In this document: positions 29,997 through 40,636 of the stretch, in pieces | Numbering within the stretch: position 1 is the stretch's first letter | Layout of the letters: each line of letters starts with the position of its first letter | DNA from: an uncultured delta proteobacterium | Lineage (GTDB): Bacteria; Desulfobacterota; Syntrophobacteria; BM002 | Assembly (NCBI GenBank): GCA_963712115.1 | Contig: CAVQGX010000040.1 | Coordinates: 1 to 64,000 of the forward strand | Reading direction: 5' to 3' | DNA: 64,000 bases | The notes under the pieces: generated by a model | Databases searched by the model: none | The model's input: only the letters and a program-made list of their open reading frames with translations | What the model was told of the DNA's origin: nothing | Made by a program: the position numbers and the translations under genes

Positions 29997-30616
29997 AAAC
30001 CCTGTTCCTCTGCCTTTCTGCAGTAATTGCGGTAGAACTGGGTACATGGGTGGTGACTTCAAAGTCCGGTTACCACCCCATGCTTATTCTGGGTGGCGCC
30101 CGTCTCCTCCAAATACTCCTGATTATCCTGATTGTTGTGACCTGGGGGAAAGGATTACCTTCCATAGGCATGGCTCGATCCGAGATGGTCTCTGGTTTGA
30201 AAAAGGGGCTGCTCTGGTCGGCCGGTTTTGGAGCGATCGGTTCCGTTGCCTGTGTTGGATTGTTCGCTGCCTCCATAAATCCTCTCATCTTAATAAAAGC
30301 CCGCCTACCCACGCAGACCGGGGATCTTGTTCTTTTTTTCATTGTTGGGGGGATGTTAGGGCCCGTAGCGGAAGAGGTCTTCTTTCGGGGAATACTCTAT
30401 GGTTTTTTGCGACGATGGGGGGTGGTAGTGGCGGTGTTTTTAAGTACCCTGCTCTTTGTACTACCCCACGCAATACATCAAAGAATCCCCATTACCCAAG
30501 TAGTGGGAGGAATCGTCTTTGCTGTAGCCTATGAGATCAGCGGCAGCCTGATTGTCCCCATCACCATCCATGCACTGGGCAACCTGGCCATCTTCACCCT
30601 CTCCTTGGTATTTTAG
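29972..30616 (+). CDS. CPBP family (type II CAAX/Rce1-like) intramembrane protease
   Basis: PVAEEVFFRG, LFVLPH, IHALGN motifs. Confidence 0.88.
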   Translation: MEAKEIQIKTLFLCLSAVIAVELGTWVVTSKSGYHPMLILGGARLLQILLIILIVVTWGKGLPSIGMARSEMVSGLKKGLLWSAGFGAIGSVACVGLFAASINPLILIKARLPTQTGDLVLFFIVGGMLGPVAEEVFFRGILYGFLRRWGVVVAVFLSTLLFVLPHAIHQRIPITQVVGGIVFAVAYEISGSLIVPITIHALGNLAIFTLSLVF

Positions 30617-30809
30617 CCTAGTTCGTCTCGCCCGTCTCGCCCGTCTCGCCGTGAAACGTCATATATGCGTCAAATGGCACATATCAGACAGGACACACTA
30701 TCCATTTTAACAGCTCTAACCAGGATAACTTATTGAAAATAATGATATTTAATCTTTAATGTAGCAATTCTCAGGTGGGGAGACCTCAGTATTTAATCGC
30801 TGGAAATTA

Positions 30810-30825
30810 CGGCATAGTGTTTGCA
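30810..30825 (+). promoter_or_regulatory. Sigma-54 promoter of EPS locus
   Basis: CGGCATAGTGTTTGCA; IHF-like TAACTTATTGAAA at 30726-30738. Confidence 0.75.
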
Positions 30826-31045
30826 AGGTATGATTGCGGAATTAAAGGTAGAAAATAACCATCTACTCATGGAGACGTACATTTTTGAAGTTCCTTTTAG
30901 CTTTAGCAACTGGAGGCTACCAGTTAGCTCTGGGGCAAGGACACCTGTACTCTCAGGGCTGAGGACTGGAACCACAGCGTTGCTTTCAATTTCATCTCGG
31001 AAATCGGACTACCCGCTGATTGAGAAATAACTTGGATGGTTAGCC

Positions 31046-34000
31046 ATGGCTAAATATGACATAAGCATTCGCGATTACTCGAGAATCATCCGAAAACGGA
31101 AGAATATTGTCATTGCTGCGGTGATACTTTGCACCATCTCCAGCTATCTCTTTGCTTTATTTGCCTCTCCAGAGCCCAGCTACCGGGCAACCTCCGCCGT
31201 TAAAGTAGAGCGGGTCACAGATCTCACCACCTTACTGTATGGGAGGGTTTCCTGGACCCTGTGGAATAATGTCACCACCCAGGCGGTGGTTATCACCAGC
31301 TTTCCCATAATGGAAGGTACCGCCAAGAAAATGGGGCTGATTCCCGAAAAGCTATCTTCAGCAGAGGTCCGCAACACTGAAAGGTATCTACGAATAGTTA
31401 CCTCCATTAAATCCCAGGTCGAGACCGAGCGGGAAGCTGAGACCAACATCATCAACATCACCGCCACAGCGGCAACACCCAAAGAAGCTGCGCTCATCGC
31501 CAACACTGTTGCCGAAGTGTACCATCAGGCCAACGTGGAAGAGCGAAACCAGAAAGTGCGGGAAACCAGGGAGTTCATTGAGAAGCAGCTGGAAGTGGTG
31601 GAAGGCCGCCTCCAGGAAGCTGAACAGAATCTTCGCACCTTTGAAGAAACTACCAATCTGGTTGCCATCGACGCCCAGACCGCCACTATTCTCAATCGCT
31701 TGAGCAGCCTGGAAACTGAATTTGCCCAGGTACAGCAAAAACGAGGCGTAGTCCAGAGGTTGTTGAAATCGCTCGAAGAAATCAGACAGGGTGGGCACTT
31801 TGGTGCGAAAGCATTTTTTATCGAGGATCCTCCCCCGGAACTCGCCAAGCTGATTGCCAGGCTCAGAGATCTTAGTTTGCGGCGCAAGGTTTTGCTCAAC
31901 GACTATACCAAAGAGCACCCCAACGTCGAGGAGACTAATGCTGAACTCCGAGACGTCCTCTCTGAGATGGACAATGAGTTGAGATCCATGATGGCGACCT
32001 TGAATGATCGACTCCGGGACCTGGAAATTCGTCTCGCCGCTGCAAGGGCAGAGACCAAGAGCATTCCTGAAAGTTCCCTCATTCTGGCGAGGCTCCGCCG
32101 CGAGGTGGATGTAAATGCAGATTTACTCACCCAACTTAAATCTAAATACCAGGAAGTAATGATTCAGGAGTCCGGGCTCATAGAAGAGGTCAAAATCATC
32201 AAGCCGGCCCTCGAGCCCGGCCAGCCTGTCAACATGCCAAACACTTTGATGAACACAGTTACCGGAGCGGTAATCGGCCTGGTTATAGGGTTAGTCCTGG
32301 CCCTGATTGTGGAGACCATGGACACCTCATTGGGCACCATAGAGGATGTGGAGGAGACTCTGGGCGTGCCGGTCCTGGGGGTTATCCCAGCTGTTGATGA
32401 ATTCTCCACCAGAGAGAAAGGGGAAGATGGCGCCAAATTGAAAGATCGGCCGTTGGTAACCCACTTTGCCCCGCGCTCTCCAGTTTCTGAAGCTTACCGG
32501 TCCCTGAGAACCAATCTGCAATTTATCTGGAAGGAAAGAGAAGCAAAAGTTTTTCTTGTCACCAGCTCGTCCCTGCAGGAGGGGAAAACCTACAATGTGG
32601 TCAACCTCAGCCTGAGTCTGGCCCAAGCCGGAGAAAAAGTGCTGCTCATCGATGCTGATCTCCGCAGACCCTCAACCCATAATATTTTCGGCCTTGAAAG
32701 GCAACCAGGGCTCACAGATTACATTGTGGGAATCAGCGACTTGAAACATCCCGGAGAGGATGCATATGAACTGGAAATGGGCAGTCTGCCGGAATTCCGA
32801 ACGTTAGATGGCAGTTGGAAAGGCGTGACCAACACCATCATCGATGTGATGCTCGGCGAGTTCGAATTTGATGAAATCCTGAAAACTCCGGGGATGGATA
32901 ATTTGCATATTATGAATGCGGGTCGAAGTCTTCTCAACCCCGCTGAAATCCTTCGTTCACCCAGGTTTAAAGAGTTCTTGCATGAGGTGAGGGAACACTA
33001 CGACGTTATCATCATAGACACGCCACCGGTGCTGCCGGTGGCCGATGCCTTCGAGGTGGCTCCTGAGGTGGATGGGGTTATCCTGGTTTACGAGGTGGGT
33101 CGCATTGGCCGGGGAATTCTCCATCGAGCCAAGGTGCAACTGGAAAATGTGAATAGCAATGTCCTGGGAGTAATCCTCAACAATGTCAAACCTGATGTGG
33201 CCCCGGATTTCTATCGTTACCGCACGGATTATTACTACGAGCAAAAAAGTGACCAGGAGGCCTCAACACCATCTCTCCCGCTGGAAAGACTTGATTGGCC
33301 AGGGAATAGGAGGGATGCGCAGCATCTTCAGTAAGAAGCGACCGACCTCGGCAACGGAGGGCAAAGGATTAAATCTACTTATTTTGTCGGTACTAATGGG
33401 GCTTGTGCTCATAGGAGGTCTCCTGTGGTTTAAGTCTCCTAATCCCAGCCCCCCAACTAAGAAGTCCCAAAGTCAAAGAGCCAAAATAGTCGCACCCGCC
33501 AGCGACAGTAAGGCGAGCAGCGAATTGCCCAGAGAGTCCAGCAAGGCTGCACCGGCGGTCAAGGTAGAAGAGGCGGTGAGGAGATCTGAACCTGAGCAAG
33601 CACAAGAAAAGCTCTCGGGCGCGGCTAAACAATCGGCTGAAAAAGCAGAACTGGTAGCGGTAAAACCAAGGGTGGCGAATAAGCCAAACCAATTTATCCC
33701 ATTGCAGCTGAGTGAAGCCCAGACCTGGGAAAGTCTGCCCCAAATAGCCGAGATCCGATTAGGGCCGGGCTTTCACACCCCAATACTCCACCTCATTCAG
33801 AGGGGAACTCGGCTGCAGGTGGTGGGCAGAAATGGAGATTGGCTCAAGCTTGAACTAAGAAACGGAAGCACCGGCTGGATCTATCACAGCCTGGCGCAAC
33901 CTGAACGAGAACATGTAAGAAAGCCGCTTACTGCTGTGAAAGAATCGAAGGAAACTTCAGGACCCATTGCAGCACAACCGAATATGATTAAAAAGGCGAG

Positions 34001-34388
34001 TTCAGCAGAAGAGAGGCACTCCCCAAGGCAGAAGGGAGCTGAAACTTACGTTAGTCTACCCAATGTAGCCAAGATCAGATCAGAGCCCAGCATTCACGCT
34101 CCCGTGCTCCAACTGATTCGGAGGGGAACACGGCTTCAGGTAGTGGGCAGAAATGGATATTGGCTCAAGCTTCAACTAAGAAACGGAAGCACCGGCTGGA
34201 TCTATCACAGCCTGGCGCAGCCTGAACGAGAGCTTGTAGAAAAGCCGCTCACTGTGCTCAGAGGATCGAAGGGGATTACAGAGCCCTTTTCTGTAAAAAC
34301 AAATGTGATGCAAAATTCGAGCTTTGCAGAAGAGATTCTCTCTTCAATGCAAAACGGCAGTGAAGTTGCCCTAGTCTATCCAGATTAG
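31046..34388 (+). CDS. wzc: Wzc-like polysaccharide co-polymerase/tyrosine kinase with C-terminal TM and two SH3-like domains (frameshift ~33270)
   Basis: Wzz/GumC coiled-coil, SEAYRSLRTN, Walker A QEGKT, IDADLRRP, DTPP, Tyr cluster FYRYRTDYYY; then TM and two copies of IR..P...I.RGTRLQVVGRNG.WLKL.L.NG.TGWI. Confidence 0.82.
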
Positions 34389-34669
34389 CCAAGATCGGAT
34401 CTAGGCCGGGCATTAATGCTTTAAACCACTTGACGGGAAACGCGGCTACAAAAATAGGGATCAACACCTGTGGCCATTGGCATAAGCTGATGGCTGAGCG
34501 CTGATAGCCGATCGCGCTCATCGAAAACGGCTTTTCGGATGAGCACTAATCATAAACTGTTGAGGCATGGATTTTCCCTGGCTGGCTTGACATCTATTAT
34601 GAAATCTAGTAGGGTCCGCCGGAAATCAACGGGGTGCCAGGCCTCAACCAATTGAGGTGGATTGGAACC

Positions 34670-36855
34670 ATGTCGTTGATATCAAGAAAAAATAACATTC
34701 CTATCCAAATTCTCCTTGGACTGGTCTTTCTTCTCGCTGTCCAGCCAGCCTGCACTATCCAAAGAAGGGCCACTGCAAAACACCCCGAGTCCTACCAGAT
34801 AAAGCCCTGGAGTCTGGCTACTTCAGGCATCTATCAAACAGTTGCGGTGGGAGACTTGAATGGGGACCAGCACAAGGACATTGTCGGTGGTTCTTCTGTG
34901 CCGGGTACAGTAGCCATCTGGTACGGAAATGGCCGAGGGGCCTGGTCCTTTCCTACTTTCCTCGCGGTAAAGGGAGACGTCCGCTCCATTGCCCTGGCTG
35001 ATTTTGACACAGATGGACGTCCAGATCTCGCCTTCAGCATCAAGGGAGACAACCCTGGAATTCAGGTCTGGATGAACCGCGGCCAAGAAGGCTGGGAAAA
35101 GGGCAAGTCTCCAGCGGACACCGGCAAATTCAACGGTATGCGCACCGAAGATATCAATGGAGACGGTAACCTTGATTTGATCGCTGCGGCAGCGGGTATT
35201 GATGGAAATGGTGGCATCAGGGTGTGGCTCGGAGACGGTCAGGGTGGCTGGCTTACCGAAGTTGGCCCCACTGCGCGCGATGAGTATATCGATGTTGAGG
35301 TGGCGGATTTCAACGAGGATGGCCATCTGGACATTGGCGGCTCGTCTATCAGACCGAATGGTGCACTCCGGGTTTGGTTGGGGGACAGCGAGGGAGGCTG
35401 GTCCGACCTGGACCCCCTTGAACTGGGCAATTTTTATGCACTCACAATTGGAGACCTCAATCGAGACGGGCACATCGACCTGTTTGCCGGGACATACCAG
35501 AACGGTATCCGGGTCTTTTTGGGCGACGGCCGGGGCGGCTTCGCCCGACTGAGCCCCCCTGTGAGTAAGGGTAGCTTTTGGAAAGTAATTTCGGGTGAAG
35601 TTGAAGGCGGCGGTGGCCAGGAACTCTTTGCTTCCTCTATGGATTCTCAGGGCATTTGGGTCTGGCAATGGCAGAATGGAAGCCTTTCTCCCCTATCTGA
35701 CTTTTACGGGTCCTCCGGCACTTATTACGACATGGTACTGAGCGATCTGGATTCAGACGGCCGGCAAGACCTGGTGGCCGCAAGCGACGGCCAGGGGGTG
35801 AGCATATGGGCCAAGCAGGCGCAAACACGCTCCTTCTCAGCCGTATCCTTTAGTGGTTTCGGAGCATCATTTACCGACGGCAGAAAGGAAGTTTTCCCCA
35901 TCGATCCCGAGGAAAATGAGGTCTTTGTCACCATTGACGGACGGCCCCAATATAAAATCGGTCCGGAGGACTTGCTGGAGATCAGCCTGTGGAAAGGAGT
36001 GGAGGAAACGAAATACCTTGTACCGGTCCGTCCCGATGGCATGATCACCTTTACTTTTCTCGAGGACATCAAGGTATCAGGCCTTACAGCCCAACAAGTG
36101 GACGACCTGCTCACCACAGAACTGAGCCATTATATCAGACGACCCCGAGTAACCGTACGGGTGAAAGAGTACAACAGCAAATTCGTCTCCTTGTTAGGTG
36201 CAATCAGTACTACAACTGGAATTATTTTGGACCTGATACTCCGAGAGGTTCTCGTTCGGGGCCCGGCAGCTATGCACTCACTGGCAAAACTACTGTGCTT
36301 CAGGCTCTAGCCCGGGCTGGTGGTCCTTCTGAACAGGCCAACCTTCGCCAGGTAAGTATCAGACGTGAGACAGGGCAGGCTGTCACCGTGAATATTAATA
36401 AGGTTATTACCCAGGGAGATGTTAGCCAAAACATCGTTCTGGACGCTGGTGACACTGTGCTGGTTCCTCCAGTTGCTGAAGATCCCAGAAATAGGGTCTT
36501 CGTCTTCGGAGAGGTCAGAAACCCCGGTGTTTTCCCTACCCGAGAAGAAATCACCGTAATGGAAGCAATTGCTCTGTCCGGTGGTTTCGAGCAAAGAGCC
36601 GTACTGGGTGATGCCAAGATATTGCGGGGCGACATGACCAGACCCGAGGTAATAGCCTGTGACCTGAACAGACTCCTGAAAAAAGGAGATATGAGTCAGA
36701 ATATTACCTTACACAACGGAGATGTCCTTTACGTACCCAAGAACACTATTGGCAGGATAAGCGACTTCCTGCGGGAGATTCAGCCCATTCTTGACTTCAT
36801 TCTCTGGCCGGCAAGAGTTTGGGACGGCTACAAGGGTGAGGCACCTTTTGACTAG
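34670..36855 (+). CDS. wza: Lipoprotein: FG-GAP/VCBS repeat domain fused to Wza-like polysaccharide export (poly_export + SLBB) domains (frameshift ~36210)
   Basis: Lipobox-like AVQPAC; repeated GDLNGD/ADFDTDG/DINGDG; YKIGPEDLLEISLW, VRPDG.I, VFVFGEVRNPG, L.NGDVLYVPK. Confidence 0.8.
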
Positions 36856-36923
36856 GCACAAAAAGAGACCTACTGAGCAGGATAGAAAGGTAAAATGTTG
36901 AAATACTTATAATTAATTGAAAA

Positions 36924-37052
36924 TCTCCCCCTTTTGTAAAGGGGGATGTAAGGGGGATTTTTTATCTCGGCTGGATGTTCATTAAACTACTCAGAGATTA
37001 TTAATTGGTAAGCATAGCCAAACAAAACCACCGGCTCAGCCGGTGAGTTTTT
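36924..37052. repeat. Two short palindromes (REP-like)
   Basis: TCCCCCTTTTGTAAAGGGGGA (36926-36946) and AAAACCACCGGCTCAGCCGGTGAGTTTTT (37024-37052). Confidence 0.55.
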
Positions 37053-37096
37053 AAAGTACCAAAATACTGCCGGGCTGGATAACCTACAGTTATTAC

Positions 37097-40000
37097 ATGG
37101 CAAAATATGACATAAATATACGCGATTACTGGCGGATCATCCGCAAACGCAGAACTGTTGTCATCCTGTCTGCCATATTGTTCACCGTCTTTAGCTATCT
37201 CTTTGCTGTGGTGCGCACTCCTGAACCCATCTACGAGGCGACCTCCGCCGTCAAAGTAGAGAAGGCCACTGATCTCACTACCTTACTCCTCGGCACCGTC
37301 TCCTGGACTTCTTGGGACAACGTGGCAACTCAGGCGGTGATTATTACCAGTTTTCCAGTAATCGAAGAATCAGCACGACAGATGGGGCTGATCCCTGAAA
37401 ATGTCTCCCCAGCCCAGGTCCGCAGTACCCATAAATATCTCCAAGTAGTAAATGGACTCAAATCGCAGATCGCAACCGAGCAGGAGGGCAACACCAACAT
37501 CATAAACATCACCGCTAACTCTTCAAATGCCACTGAGGCTGCACTGCTCGCCAACACAGTTGCCGAAGTCTACCGCCAGAATAATGTTGATGAACGGAAC
37601 AAGAAGGTCAGAGAAACCAGGGAGTTCATTGAGAAGCAGTTGGAAGTTGTTGAAAGCCGCCTTCAGGAAGCTGAACAAAATCTTCGCAATTACGAAAAAG
37701 ACACCAAACTGGTAGCCATTGACGCTCAGACCACCGCTGTCATTAGTCGTCTTATCAGCCTCGAGAATGAGGTGGCCGATCTACAGCAAAAGAGAGTTGA
37801 AGTCAAAAGACAGCTTGGACTGCTGCAACAATTCCGTGAGGGGAAGCAGAGTGTCAGCAAAGAAGCATTCTACGTCGAGAATCCCTCTCCCCAACTAGCT
37901 AAGCTCACAGCCAAATTCAGAGACCTGAGCTTGCGGCGCGAAGTCCTCCTCAACGACTATACAGAGGAGCACCCCGAGGTGGATGCTGTCGATGCGGAGC
38001 TGGCGAATGTTCTTTCAGAAATGGAAAAAGAACTGAGGTCCATGCTGACCACAATGGACGGCCGCTTGCAGGACTTGGGAAAGCGGCTCGAAGCAGCACG
38101 GGGTCAGGCAATGGCCATCCCAGACAGTGTTCTTACCCTCGCCAGGCTGCGCCGGGAGGTGGAGTTAAACGGGGATCTTCTTGCCCAGCTCAAATCCAAG
38201 TATCAAGAAGTGATGATCCAGGAATCGGGTCTCATAGAAGAGGTTAAGATCATCAAACCTGCTCTGGAGCCAAGCTATCCTATCAATATGCCCAACACTC
38301 TGATGAACACCGTCACTGGCGGGATAATTGGCCTCGTTGTCGGCCTGGTGCTTGCTTTGATTGTAGAGACCATGGACACATCTCTGGGCACCATCGAAGA
38401 TGTGGAGGAGATTCTAGGCATACCCGTACTCGGCGTTATCCCATCTGTTCAGGAATTTGCCTTTAGTGAGAAAGATGAAACCGGTGTTAAACCAAGAGGT
38501 GAGCCTCTGGTAACCCACTTTGCCCCGCGCTCTCCCGTGTCAGAAGCTTACCGCTCATTGAGGACGAATCTCCAATTTATCCGAACGGATAAGAAGGCAA
38601 AAGCTTACCTGATTACCAGCTCTTCCCTGCAGGAAGGGAAAACCTACAATGTGGTCAACCTGAGCCTGAGTCTGGCCCAGGCTGGGGAAAAAGTCCTCTT
38701 GATAGACGCTGATTTGCGCAGACCCACCGTCCACCATATTTTCGGCCTCGAGAGACAACCAGGGCTCACGGACTACATCGTGGGAACGGGTGAGCTGGAA
38801 CCAAGGCCGGAGAACACTGTTGTACTCGACACGACTCTGACGTTCAACTCCGCGCAGACTGATAACGGCTGGGAAAACGTGACCAACAACATCATTGATT
38901 TAATGCTGGGCGAGTTTGGCATTGATGACATTCTGAAAACCCCGGGGCTGGATAATTTGCATATCATCAACGCCGGACAAGGTCTGCTCAACCCAGGCTG
39001 AAATCCTTAGATCACCCAGGTTCAAGGAGTTTCTCCATGAGGTAAGGGAACACTACGATATCATAATTGTAGATACACCGCCGGTTCTGCCCGTGGCCGA
39101 TGCCTTCGAGGTGGCTCCTGAAGTGGATGGCGTCATCCTGGTTTACGAAGTGGGCCGAATAGGGCGGGGAATTCTAAAGAGAGCCAAGGTGCAACTGGAG
39201 AACGTAAATAGCAATGTCCTGGGGGTCATCCTCAACAATGTCAAACCCGATGTGGCACCGGATTTCTATCGTTACCGGACAGACTACTACTATAGGGCAG
39301 AGGATAGCGGCGAAGAATCGGTTCCTCTTTCCCGCTGGCGTGAATTCGTTCGCCAGCCTCTCCGCACTTTTCAGAACATCATCGGTAAAATGCGGCTTGC
39401 GTCTGAAGCCAAGGGGAAACGAACTGCAATTAGCCTGTTTCTACTCGTTGGCATTCTCGCTCTTGCCGGTCTTGCTTGGCAAAATTATCCAAAAATCAGG
39501 TCTGCAATTGAGAGCCACCCGGATCAGAAAGGGACTAGTGCTCAGAACAAAGCGCAGCAAAAGCCAATCGTTGCCACCACCACGCCCAAGCAAGCAGGAA
39601 TGGGCAGGCCCGATGTTTCTTCTGCAGCGCAATTGCAGAAAACCGGATCAATAGAGCCTCCTCCACAAGGACAAATCCTTGATCAAGAGGAGATCAAACC
39701 TGACCAACCAGCTGCATCCCAAAGGCGTGGCAAAGAGGAGATCAAAGCCACAGATCAGACCACTGAAGAGCAACTGACTAGGGAGACGGTAGTAGTTGCC
39801 CGCACTCCAGTTGCAGAGGATCGGACTGTCGCGGAGAAGAAGCCAGCTGAAGCGAAAGCCTTATCTCCAGAATCATCCATCGAACTTTTGGTGGAAAAAT
39901 GGCGCCGTTCCTGGGAAGAGGGCGACTTGCAGGTTTATATCGGTTGTTATCACCCGGACTTCAGAGCACGAGGCATGAATATTCAGGCCTGGAAAGACTA

Positions 40001-40572
40001 CAAACAGGACCTGTTTAACCGTACTCCTGAGAGGGATGTAAAAATCAGCGACATTAAGGTTGAACTGAACGGTTCGCGCGCGGTGGTCACCTTTAAACAG
40101 CGCTATCAGACCAAGAACTACAAGGGGCTCGGCTTGAAAACGTTTCAGCTCACTAATTACGAGGGTAATTGGGCCATTTTGGAGGAGTCCTACGAGTCCC
40201 TTCCCGCTGTGGTAGAACCGGTCGAGGTTGCAATACAAGGTTTTGTTGAAAATTGGCGTCGGGCTTGGGAAGAGGGAAACCTGCCAACCTATATCGCCTG
40301 CTACCATCCCCAGTTCGAGACAGATGAGATGGACCATCACGGCCTGGAAAAGATATAAGCAGGATCTCTTCAGACGTTCTGCGAAACGGAATGTTCAGAT
40401 CAGTGATATGCAAATTCAAGATAACGGCTCCAGTGCAGTGGTTACTTTCAAACAAAGATACCAGACAGCGAAACACCGAGATCTCGGCCTAAAGACTCTC
40501 CATCTGCGTCGCCATCAAGACCGCTGGACTATCCTTAAGGAAAACTGGCAGCCCCTTTCCGGTCAAGGATAG
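37097..40572 (+). CDS. wzc: Second Wzc-like tyrosine kinase with C-terminal TM and two NTF2-like domains (frameshifts ~38995, ~40340)
   Basis: Close paralogue of 31046; Tyr cluster, TM, then two copies of VE.WRR.WEEG....YI.CYHP.F...WK.YKQDLF...VVTFKQRYQT...LGLKT. Confidence 0.82.
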
Positions 40573-40636
40573 ATACTTCATATGCCGAAATTGTCCTCCA
40601 AGAGCTACTTTAAAAATCGGCGCACCCTCCGCAGCT

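Noticed and set aside
34563-34578. Sigma-54 promoter before wza (AGGCATGGATTTTCCC)
   Set aside because: It lacks the conserved GC at -12.
34823-35668. Long antisense ORF (281 aa) and many other shadow ORFs
   Set aside because: They overlap well-supported genes on the other strand or frame and have no recognisable motifs.
38990-39001. Sec/readthrough at the TGA ending the wzc-2 ORF
   Set aside because: The paralogue reads NPAEILRS here; the stop is created by a one-base indel, not recoding.
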